Positions 55,254 through 64,000 of a stretch of DNA of 64,000 nt are shown here, piece by piece. The notes under the pieces were generated by a model. That model was not told the origin of the DNA. It saw only the letters and a program-made list of their open reading frames with translations, and did no database searches. Both the position numbers and the translations under genes were made by a program. Each line of letters begins with the position of its first letter. Position 1 is the first letter of the stretch. This stretch comes from an uncultured Chthonomonadaceae bacterium (lineage in GTDB: Bacteria > Armatimonadota > Chthonomonadetes > Chthonomonadales > Chthonomonadaceae). The stretch is taken from contig CAWIEK010000039.1 in the NCBI GenBank assembly GCA_963835065.1, forward strand, positions 32,001 through 96,000, written 5' to 3'.

Positions 55254-55405
55254 TAACTCTTCACCACCAAGACACTAAGAACACCAAGCAGAACAAGAAG
55301 AAGGATGTTGTGAGATTGCAGGAGAGAACGAAATTCTTTGCTTCTATGCCTTGTTAGTTGCCTGTTTTCTCTTGGTGTTCTTGTCGTCTTGGTGGTGAAG
55401 AGTTA
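55254..55405. repeat. Inverted nonamer repeat (CACCAAGAA-like); a solitary arm is at ~48657-48688
   Basis: TAACTCTTCACCACCAAGACACTAAGAACACCAAG / CTTGGTGTTCTTGTCGTCTTGGTGGTGAAGAGTTA. Confidence 0.9.
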
Positions 55406-55431
55406 TTCCTTCTCAATACTTTCTTATGCTT

Positions 55432-57225
55432 TCAGGGACGGGCGATTTGCCGGACGCCGTTTTCCGCCGGGTTCAGAGCCGCTTGTTTTGTGGCCGCAAG
55501 CGGCAAGCGGCCTGTGATGCCCTTGCCTTCCGTGACGATGTAACTCTGGTCGGGCGCGACATGCGCCAGCGTGTCGCGCGTCCCGGAAGGCCACTGCACT
55601 TCCACTTTGTCTATCTGCGCCGTATCGCCAAGCCCGAAGTATACGCGCCGGTCGCTGACGGAAAGAAAGCTGGAACCGGCGCGAACCGTTCCGATGCGCT
55701 TCTTGCCCCCGGCTGTCAGTGTAAAGCGCGTATGCAGCCCATCTCGATTACTTTTTGTGCCAACTGTTTTGAAGGATACCCAATGATGCGAGGAGGTATC
55801 CCGGTTGCGAAACAATTGCGGCGCGGCGTTCTGGTTGCTGAACAGGGCGTCGAGCCTGCCGTCGTTGTCGTAATCGCCCACCGCCAGGCCGCGCGCAATG
55901 TTGGGTTCGCGCAAATCACCCGCATGAGCGGGATCGCTGATGTCGCGGAATGTGCCATTGCCCTCGTTGTGCAGCAATTGCTTGCTTTCCTTCATCGCGT
56001 CCAAACCCTTGCCCTGCATCTGCACGTGCCCGTTGGCGATCAGCAAATCCGGCCAGCCGTCCGCGTCATAATCCAGAAACTCGCAGCCGAAGGACAGGTA
56101 CGGCAGGTGCAAAGGCCCGACGCGGGAAAGCACCGTCCGATCCTCCATGATGCCATTGCCCATGTTTTTGAACAGCATGTTGGGCATGTTCTCGAAGTTG
56201 CTGACAAACAGGCTTTCGTGTCCACTTCCATCATAATCGCCCACCGCAATGCCCATACCCGCCATCAGCGAACCGCCATTGCCGTAGCGACAGCCGACTT
56301 CCGTGCCCTTTTCGACAAACTTGCCATTGCCTTCGTTGTGCCACAGCATATTGCCGGATAGGTCGTTGGCGACGAAAATATCCTGCCTGCCATCCTCGTC
56401 ATAATCCACAAACGCAACGGCAAGCCCGCGCCCGCGTACTTTGTCAATACCCGCCGCATGGCTTACGTCCACGAAGCGCCCGCCTTCGTTGTGGTATAAA
56501 ACGTGCGTGTCGGGCGGATACACTTCGGGCGAGCAGTAATCGCGCCGCCCAAGCAAATCATGGCAAACCTTGTCCGTTTGCGGCGTCCAGGCGCAATAGT
56601 AGCAGACGTACAAATCCAACTTGCCGTCGTTGTCGTAATCGCCCCAGGCTGCGCTGGTCGCGTAGCCCGCGCTGTGAATCTTATCCAGTCCCATTTTGGC
56701 GGTCACATCCGTAAACTTGCCGGTTCCCTTTTCGTTGTGGAACAGGTGATTGCCGCCGTAGGCTGTGATGAAAATATCCTCATAGCCGTCGTTATCGTAA
56801 TCGCCGATAGCGACGCCCTGCCCGTAGCCCAAATCTTTGTCTAATCCCGACCCGGCAGTGACTTCCGTGAACGTGCCGTTGCCGTTGTTGTGGTAAAGGG
56901 CGCAATGCGGGCGGGGAGTGGTTCCATTCGGGACAAGCGAACCGGACTGAACCAGCAGAATATCCAGCCAGCCGTCGTTGTCGTAATCAAAAAAGGCGCA
57001 GCCGGCGGGCGTGGTTTCGGGAAACTGGGGATTAGCAGCCTGCGCGCCACTGGCATGAACAAAATTTATGCCCGCTTCCTTCGTGACGTTTTGAAACAAA
57101 GCGGCGGATAGGGCAGGGGCAGTTTTGTTCGGACTGTTGGGAGCGGGTGGCGTGTGTCCGCAGCCCGTCAGCCACAACAAGCAGGCAGTAAAACAGGCAG
57201 CAGAGATAGTCAGTTTGAAACGCAT
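55432..57225 (-). CDS. CRTAC1-like FG-GAP repeat + ASPIC/UnbV lipoprotein
   Basis: LTGC lipobox; repeated DYDNDG; C-terminal FGLG, VQWPSG. Confidence 0.92.
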   Translation of the reverse strand: MRFKLTISAACFTACLLWLTGCGHTPPAPNSPNKTAPALSAALFQNVTKEAGINFVHASGAQAANPQFPETTPAGCAFFDYDNDGWLDILLVQSGSLVPNGTTPRPHCALYHNNGNGTFTEVTAGSGLDKDLGYGQGVAIGDYDNDGYEDIFITAYGGNHLFHNEKGTGKFTDVTAKMGLDKIHSAGYATSAAWGDYDNDGKLDLYVCYYCAWTPQTDKVCHDLLGRRDYCSPEVYPPDTHVLYHNEGGRFVDVSHAAGIDKVRGRGLAVAFVDYDEDGRQDIFVANDLSGNMLWHNEGNGKFVEKGTEVGCRYGNGGSLMAGMGIAVGDYDGSGHESLFVSNFENMPNMLFKNMGNGIMEDRTVLSRVGPLHLPYLSFGCEFLDYDADGWPDLLIANGHVQMQGKGLDAMKESKQLLHNEGNGTFRDISDPAHAGDLREPNIARGLAVGDYDNDGRLDALFSNQNAAPQLFRNRDTSSHHWVSFKTVGTKSNRDGLHTRFTLTAGGKKRIGTVRAGSSFLSVSDRRVYFGLGDTAQIDKVEVQWPSGTRDTLAHVAPDQSYIVTEGKGITGRLPLAATKQAALNPAENGVRQIARP

Positions 57226-57381
57226 GATTAAGAGATATTACGTTAAATTACGTTGTGGATGTCACAAACCAGAAAGCAACGTGGGAGATTCTCGTCCGAA
57301 GGACGATTGGCCGAAGGCCATAAAACCGGCCAAAGATTAAAATAGGTACAAGCCGGTTCAAGCCGGAATACGCCGAAAACC

Positions 57382-58566
57382 CTACTGTGTCGGCGTAACG
57401 CTGTGATCGCGGACGATTTGCTTTACGAGTTGCTGGTACGCCTGATTTGCTTCCGCGCTTTTCGGGTTGAGTTCCAGCGCGCGGTGCAGGTAAGTCCAGG
57501 CTTTGCGATGGTCTTCCAGTTCCAGGAAGAATTTGCCCAGTTCCAGATGGGCGGCGAAGTTGTTCTTGTCCAGCGAACACTGCTTTTGCAGCACGTTGAC
57601 CCGCGTTACCTGTCGGCGCAGGGTCTCGAAACGCTGCCGCGCAGCAGTGGCTTTGGCGGCCTGCCCGGTACGCGCATAAGCCGTGGCGAGTTCAAACGGC
57701 ACATCCATTTTGCGCGGATACAGCTTTTGCGCCAGTTCCAGTTGGAAAATGGCTTTTGGGTACTGCCCCTCCCGCATATACACCTTGCCAAGCGCAAAGC
57801 GGGCAAAAGCGCGCAGGGGATCTATTTGCAGCGCTTTGAGCAGGTCAGCCTCGCATTGCGCCAGAGCGGAAGGCGAAGCGTCCAATTCAAAGCGCGATGC
57901 GCCCCGCATGGCGTAAGCGTCGCCTTCGTCCGGTTTGACGGCAATCAATTTGTCCACGACAGGCAGAATTTCCGTAAACTTGCCGGCTTCGTAATACTCG
58001 CGGGCTAAAGCCAGCAGGGATTCCGCGTCGTTGGGATTGCCCTCCAAAAGCCGCTTCAAATACGTGATGTGCTGTTCCGAGTTTTCGCCCATTTCGCTCA
58101 GAAACGAGAGAATGGTCAGGGACGCTTCATCGCCGGGGTTACGCTTCAGCTCTTCCTGCGCAAGCCGCTGCGCTTCCAGTTCATTGCCCGTCCGCAGGGC
58201 GCAGGCTGCGAGGCGGGAGTAGATGTAAGGACGCTTGGGGTCAACCCGAAGCAGTTGGTTCAGCGCCTGCGTACCCTTATCCCATTGCTCCGTCTTGATG
58301 TAAAGTTCGCTCAACAGTTCCCACAGGTCGGCATTATTGGGCGTGATTTGGGCGGCGGCCTGCCATTCCTTTTCCGCGCCCTGCACCTGTCCTGCGCGCA
58401 TGAATTCTATGCCCGCGTCAATGTGGCGTTGGGCGCGCAAGGCGGGGCCATTGCGCAGCAGCACAAAAGCCCATAGCGCGGCGGCAAGGCAGGCGATGAC
58501 AACAAACGCCTGCCCCTTGCGACCGCGCCAGACCTTCGGCTTTGTCGAAGAATTTCCCTGAGTCAA
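57382..58566 (-). CDS. Membrane-anchored TPR protein
   Basis: N-terminal TM segment; TPR repeats (KALQIDP, RALELNP). Confidence 0.85.
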   Translation of the reverse strand: MTQGNSSTKPKVWRGRKGQAFVVIACLAAALWAFVLLRNGPALRAQRHIDAGIEFMRAGQVQGAEKEWQAAAQITPNNADLWELLSELYIKTEQWDKGTQALNQLLRVDPKRPYIYSRLAACALRTGNELEAQRLAQEELKRNPGDEASLTILSFLSEMGENSEQHITYLKRLLEGNPNDAESLLALAREYYEAGKFTEILPVVDKLIAVKPDEGDAYAMRGASRFELDASPSALAQCEADLLKALQIDPLRAFARFALGKVYMREGQYPKAIFQLELAQKLYPRKMDVPFELATAYARTGQAAKATAARQRFETLRRQVTRVNVLQKQCSLDKNNFAAHLELGKFFLELEDHRKAWTYLHRALELNPKSAEANQAYQQLVKQIVRDHSVTPTQ

Positions 58567-58568
58567 TT

Positions 58569-58850
58569 CTATCTTCCGCCGCCCGAACTGCCGGGGCCAC
58601 CGCTCGAACCGCTCATGCCGCCGGAGCCGGGTCCGCCGGAACCGCCGGGACGCATACTGCCGGCCGCGGGCATGGTTCTGCCGCCGTTGGGCTGGCTTTC
58701 CCGCTCTTTCGCCAGTCGGCGGATTTCATTGGCGTCGTAGTCGCCTGAGCCGCCCGCGCTTTTCGCGGATTTGAAAATGACCACGAGCGCCAGCGCGATA
58801 AGTACGCCGACAACGCCGAAAAGTACAGGTTTAGGAATGCGATCCAACAT
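58569..58850 (-). CDS. Small single-TM protein with Gly/Ser-rich tail
   Basis: MLDRIPKPVLFGVVGVLIALALVVIF after GAAGGAAG. Confidence 0.75.
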   Translation of the reverse strand: MLDRIPKPVLFGVVGVLIALALVVIFKSAKSAGGSGDYDANEIRRLAKERESQPNGGRTMPAAGSMRPGGSGGPGSGGMSGSSGGPGSSGGGR

Positions 58851-59060
58851 TGTAATCTTCCTTCTAAATTTTTCTGCTTGCTGTCTGATGTAAAAACGAA
58901 GGCTCCGCGAGGGCAGAGCCTTGCAGAGCCTTCGCATTATTGGGCACAAACCGAAAAGTGACGCGCTAACGAGCGCCAACTTTCAACCCTAAACGGATAC
59001 ACGCTGAAAGTTCGCCGTTCCTGCCTTGCTATCAACTACGAACTTTCAACTTGCAACGGC

Positions 59061-59885
59061 TTAGTTCCAGAAATGGCACGGGCCGGGCTTCATATCCACA
59101 TCCCATCCCCAGTCGGAAACCAGGTGGGTATTATTGGGATCAGTGGGCGGATTGTTGACCAGTTCCGAATTGATCTGCGGGTAGGCAAGCGACTTTGGTT
59201 TTTTGTTCTTGGAATGCCCGTCGAAGTAGGTGTAGTTGCTGGGACCGGTAAATCCGCGATGGGTATAAATGGCATGACTGTTGCACTGGCTGCTGCCTTC
59301 CAGGAACCAGTCCATACCGAAGTCGCCTTCGCGCCAGGTGTTCTCGCCAATCGCCACGAGGTTCGCCGGCCTGTTAATAGAGGCCAGTTTCAACGGTCGG
59401 TTGGCCCAGCCGTTGCCGGGATCGCCCGTATCCACCCAGGTGGTCGCGCCCGCGTTCATCGCGTAGCCTTGCGGCATCAGGCCATCTTGTTCCATCACGT
59501 GGCCGAAAGCGTTGTTGCGGTCATTGTTGGGATCATTGGTAGGGCCATCCGGGTCGGAAACCGGGTTGGACGGGCAGTGGAAAATGCCTTTGTTCTTGAG
59601 GTACGGTCCAATGGCGTTTTTCCACATCCAGCCTTCATGCCCGATAAACTTGTAGGTCTTATCGTAGCCGGCGTAGATGCTGGGGAACGTTTCATCGGCA
59701 TCCTGGGCATACATTTGCAGTCCCAAGCCCAATTGCCGCATGTTGTTGAGGCAGCTTGTCATACGCGCCGATTCGCGCGCCTGCGCGAACACAGGGAACA
59801 ATATCGCGGCCAAAATCGCGATAATGGCAATGACCACGAGCAGCTCGATCAGGGTAAACGCTTTCCGTGCTTTCTGTCTGTACAT
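59061..59885 (-). CDS. DUF1559-type prepilin with H-Xn-DG C-terminal motif
   Basis: [43 protein letters not shown]...[10 protein letters not shown]. Confidence 0.93.
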   Translation of the reverse strand: MYRQKARKAFTLIELLVVIAIIAILAAILFPVFAQARESARMTSCLNNMRQLGLGLQMYAQDADETFPSIYAGYDKTYKFIGHEGWMWKNAIGPYLKNKGIFHCPSNPVSDPDGPTNDPNNDRNNAFGHVMEQDGLMPQGYAMNAGATTWVDTGDPGNGWANRPLKLASINRPANLVAIGENTWREGDFGMDWFLEGSSQCNSHAIYTHRGFTGPSNYTYFDGHSKNKKPKSLAYPQINSELVNNPPTDPNNTHLVSDWGWDVDMKPGPCHFWN

Positions 59886-60544
59886 ATATCTCTCCTGGTG
59901 ACAACGCGCTTCAGCGCGCATAGTAGGCGCCGCTCCCAAAACAAGATAAGTGCGCAAAAGAGCGGCGATGCAGGTGATAGTGGATAGCGCGTAGTTGCTA
60001 GGCATGTAAGAACTACGAACTTTCAGTGTCCCACTGCTAACAAACATTGACAGCCCTATGCAGACTTCCAGTGCCAATGGGGTCTGCGGCTATCCGTTTC
60101 AACCGGCGCTTGAACAAACATCCGATCCAATGCTCGAACAAACGCAAGCACAACCGCGGCAACTTCCAGCCGACTGCTGGAGCGATGATGGCGCTTCCAA
60201 CGCGCTTTTTGTTTGCTGTGCCTAACTGCAAGACATAAGTTGCGTTGTTTTTGTTCCCTTTGCGATAAAAAAATCATGCGGCAAAAGAGAAGCAGGGGGG
60301 CTATCCGTCGCAGCCAATCTTGATATTCGGCTCTTGGCGTCCAAACAGTATAACATATCGTTATGTTTTTAGCAACAGCGTTCCCTTTTCCAGCACAAAT
60401 ATCAGGAGCAATTCTCTCCTTGATTATGCTATCTGTGGCGTCCGTGATTTTTGTAAACAAAAAAGGCTGCTTAATGAAGCCTGAATACTTAGTAAATCAT
60501 TCTCAAACTGATAATGATACTGCAAGCGAAATTAAGAGGCAACG

Positions 60545-60574
60545 AAAAGAGGAGGCTTTAAGCAGCCTCCTCTT
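60545..60574 (-). terminator. Rho-independent terminator after the DUF1549/1553 gene
   Basis: AGAGGAGGCT/AGCCTCCTCT stem followed by a T run on the minus strand. Confidence 0.7.
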
Positions 60575-60611
60575 CCCGAATACCCCAACACTGAATACCG
60601 GAACGCCGACT

Positions 60612-63177
60612 TTAATGGTTGAACAAAAATTCTTTGCTGTTGAGCAGCGACCACAGCGCGTCCTGAAACCCCTCGTCCTTTTTGGGAGCCTGGGCAATCA
60701 AGCCAAGCAGGGCTTTGGATTCTGCCGGGGAGGGATGGCGGGCAAGCGCGGACAAAAACAGCGCGTCCAGAATATCGGCATCCGGCTTGCCGGACTTCAG
60801 CAGCGGGTTCAGTATGCAGTCGCCGGACTTCATCTTGCTTTGAATGTTTTCGCTGTTGAGCAGGGCCAGCGCCTGGCTGATAGCGGGGCTGCAATTGCGC
60901 TCGGCGTCACTGGGCTGTACGCGAGGCGGACGCCCGAATGTATCCAGCATGATGCTTGGGATTTCCGTATCCGCCAGTTCGCAGGCGCGGGTTCCCAGCG
61001 ACACCCCCTGATACTTGTCCCATACTCCCGTTACCTGCGACACGGCATCCGCCAGTTCTTCGGCAGGCAGGCGGCGCGGCTGATAATGCGAAAACAGTTT
61101 CACATCTATTTTATTCGTCTTGTTGGGTATCGAACTTAACTGATAGGTGCGGGATTTCAGGATCGTGCCGAGCAGGTACTTCAAGTCGAAATTATGCCGC
61201 TTCAGGTCGTCGCACAGAGCGCGCATCAGCGGTTCGTTTTTGGCCGGGTTGGTACTGCGAATATCGTCTACGGGTTCCACAATCCCCGACCCGAAGCAGC
61301 GCGCCCAATAACGGTTCACAATGGCGCGGGCAAAATCATCGTGCCTGACGATCCACGCGGCGGCTTTCACGCGCCGGTCTTCTTCCTGCGGGCTGCCGTC
61401 CTTGCCCTTTGCGGTTTTCACAAAGCCCAAATCGGCGCGGTCTAAGGGGCGGGCGCTCATCAGTTCCCCGGTGCGCGGGTTGCGCACGTCGCCGTTTGCC
61501 GTCGCCTGCAATTGTTCGGGTACGCCGTCGTCCGTGTCGCCCTTGCCGGTCAACTGCTGCCACAGCGCGGTAAAGTGGTAGTAATCGTCCTGCGTGTAGC
61601 GCTCGGTCGGGTGGTTGTGGCATTTGGCGCACTGGATGCGCGTTCCCAAAAAGACTGCAGCCGTCATTTCGCCCGTGACCTGCGGGGCGCGCACCCAACT
61701 GCCCTCGCCTTCCTTTTGCGGCGAGCGGCTGATGAAAAAGTACCCGCCCTGATTCTGTTCCAGCGAACCGTTTGCCGTGAGAATGTCGGTTGTAATCTTG
61801 TCCCAGCCCCGGTTCTGGTTGAACTGCTCCATCATCCACTGCTGCATCTGCATGGCGTACTTGCGGTGCAGGTACTCGCGGCGCAGGACAAATAAATCGC
61901 CGAATTTCAGCGCCCAAACCATGCCGTATTCAGGCCGCTGCAACAGCGCATCCACCAGTTTATCCCGCTTGTCAGGCCGGGTGTCTTCTAAAAAGTTTTT
62001 GGCTTCCTCGGCTGTCGGCAGGGTTCCAATGGCGTCAATATAAGTCCGGCGCAAGAACTCCTGATCGCTGCAGAGGCCGGACGGCTCAATGTGCAATTGC
62101 TTTAATTTGGCGTTGACCAGATCATCCACATAATTGTTACGGGCTTTATACGCCGCGTCGGAAACCGTTTGCGCAAACGGGCTGACCACGCGGACAACGG
62201 CCAGTTTGTCCATGTATTTGGCCGTAATCGCCGTTTCGCCCGCGCGCTGCATTTGCGCCAGCCCGCTTTCCGTCACGGTGGCAAGCGCAATGTCATTGGA
62301 ATTGTAAATCGCGCGCCCGGTCACGTCCTCGGTACGTCCATCTGCGAATGTGGCGCGGACGAGCAGGCGTTGTTTCTGTCCCGGTTTCAGTTGGCGGTCG
62401 CCGGGCAGAATTTCTAGTTTCGCAAGCGCGGCTTCCTTGCCGGTCGGTCCGGGCGTACCCTGCCGTATCCAATCCAGCAACAGGCGGTACTCGCGGGAGT
62501 CCGCATCCAGACGCTTACCGCCCCGGTGCGCCACTTCCGCCAGAGGCTTGCGCAAAAACAGGCTGTGTTCCGGCGCTTCGCGGCTGATACGCCGCCCACC
62601 CAGTTGCCGCGTAATCGAAACAATGTCTATTTCGGGCGCATACCCGCGCAGGCTCAGGCGAAACCCGCCCTTGCCCTGCGCCGCGCCATGACACGTTCCG
62701 CTGCTGCATCCCAACCGCGACAAAACCGGCACGACATCATTGACAAAAGAGACTGTCGGCGGCGTTTTCATGCCGGAAGTCGTGATCTTTGCCGTCAGCG
62801 GTCTTGCCGTTCCATTTCGCGGCAACCACTCCCTGCCCATCGCCAATTCCGCTCACTTCACCCGATTGGGAAACGGCCAGCAATTTAGGGGCAGGCGTCG
62901 TAAACGTCGCTTCATCCGTCACATCGCGGGTCGAGCCGTCCCGAAACGCCGCCGTCACCAGCAAATGCTGCACGGCCTGCGTACCGGACAAATTGACGGA
63001 CGCAGGCGTAATCGTCAGGCCGACAACTTGCGCGTTCGGGGCATCCTTGCCGGATGCTTTCGCCGCAGGCATACCGGCCTTTTTAGCGCGTGGCGGCGCG
63101 GCCTGCGCGTTCAGCCCCGGCAAAACGCAGGCGCACACAGCCAGAAAAGTAACGGCAAAAATGTATTTGATCTTCAT
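60612..63177 (-). CDS. DUF1549/DUF1553 protein with two Ig-like (Big_2) domains (~854 aa; one +1 shift near 62800)
   Basis: GCSSGTCHG, FLRRTYID, CAKCHNHP, VNRYW, LLNSKEFLFNH; TRDVT/TEDVT Ig motifs. Confidence 0.92.
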
Positions 63178-63367
63178 GGTAGACAGGAATTTACAGGAAA
63201 CAGCGCGGCGAAGCAGAGCAAATGTTAGTACACTGTATTGTATCTTATTCGACAGCGCGCCGCCAAAGATGTTTCACCTGTCTCATGCTTGTTGTTTCCA
63301 GCCTCCTGCATGAGTATCCGGCATATAAAATCTCCTCGTTCCCCACAACTTTGCGCTTATGCCTGCC

Positions 63368-64000
63368 TTAGCGTGCAGCAGCGTTTTTGCTTCCTTCTAC
63401 GAAGGGATTGCCTGGTTGTGGCGGGTCGGCGCGGCCATAGATGCTCGTATTGGGGAAGGAAGCCGCCCAGCCGTACCACTGGCTCAGATGATAGTCCAGC
63501 CGTTGCAAGCCCTTGCCTTTAAGCGGGCCGTTTTCTCCCTTGCCTTCCAGGTTCCAGCGCGTTCCTGTTTCGCGGTCATAGAAAGCGGCTGTACCCCCGG
63601 CTTGCCCGCGCGCTTCCAAAGTCAGCGTTTGCGACCCTACCCGGCGGGAGAAAGCGGCGGCAGTCTGTGTGCGGGCATCCAGCAGTACGCCTACCGGTTC
63701 CTCGCCCAAAATGTCATTGACCACGCCCCCGGCCTGTACAAGCGCCTGTATCGGATAAGCGCGGTACAAAGGAGTTTCACTTTGCCTGCCCTTGTATTCC
63801 CGCTTAGGTTCCTTTTTCGGGTTGAGGGTTACAGCCAGCACCAGATCAAACGGCGGCAGGCGCTTATCGCCGCGCGTGACGGTCGCGCCGAAGAACGAGT
63901 AGACAGAACCCCCCTCATGCCGCTTTCCCTCCACGTTCGAGGAGCCATAAAACTTTTTGAAAGCCATGTCCTCCGACATTACCAGCGTATCCGGGTGCAG
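63368..64000 (-). CDS. DUF3179-like protein, C-terminal part (5' end outside window)
   Basis: HPDTLV, AYP, VVNDILG, DRETGTRWNLEG..GPLKG, WYGWAASFP. Confidence 0.8.
   Translation of the reverse strand: MHPDTLVMSEDMAFKKFYGSSNVEGKRHEGGSVYSFFGATVTRGDKRLPPFDLVLAVTLNPKKEPKREYKGRQSETPLYRAYPIQALVQAGGVVNDILGEEPVGVLLDARTQTAAAFSRRVGSQTLTLEARGQAGGTAAFYDRETGTRWNLEGKGENGPLKGKGLQRLDYHLSQWYGWAASFPNTSIYGRADPPQPGNPFVEGSKNAAAR

Noticed and set aside
60363..61139. 258-aa plus-strand ORF
   Set aside because: Crosses a terminator and is antisense to the DUF1553 C-terminus; no motifs.
2560..62810. Programmed ribosomal frameshifting or mass pseudogenisation (pilT, pilX-like, both giant genes, UPF0182, VWA, DUF1549)
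   Set aside because: Nearly all breaks are single +1 insertions in otherwise well-conserved genes of unrelated function, without shared slippery sites. This is best explained as insertion-biased long-read error; short-read polishing would settle it.

Overview
GC-rich bacterial chromosomal window. Gene content (a cassette of very large prepilins, plus DUF1559, DUF1501 and DUF1549-DUF1553 families) suggests Armatimonadota; this is inference, not a database result. 1-31.8 kb (+): type IV pilus/T2SS-like operon with pilB (3' part), a motif-degenerate pilB paralog, pilT, a hidden truncated pilC paralog, pilC, pilD, two paralogous prepilins, three very large minor-pilin-like genes (PilV/W/X positions) and two giant secreted beta-rich proteins (~1740 and ~2960 aa after frameshift repair). 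32-43.8 kb: sodA, fdhD, a GH36-like protein apparently lacking its nucleophile, UPF0182, and a MerR-like/VWA pair behind a perfect 28-bp palindrome. 43.8-64 kb (-): planctomycete-type module (DUF3179, DUF1549/1553, DUF1559 pilin, TPR, ASPIC/UnbV, DUF1501, cytochrome-WD40, PPC) interrupted by nuclease/TA inserts (GxxExxY, VapBC, Uma2, ABC-ATPase+TOPRIM). The most striking pattern is non-genic: most gaps in the pilus operon, and several elsewhere, hold an inverted pair of short tandem repeats (7-10 bp units). Stop-free versions sit in-frame inside genes and prepilin/signal leaders, and one pair brackets a GxxExxY nuclease gene. Many genes carry +1 frameshifts, most likely sequencing insertion errors. 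No rRNA, tRNA, CRISPR array or transposase was seen.
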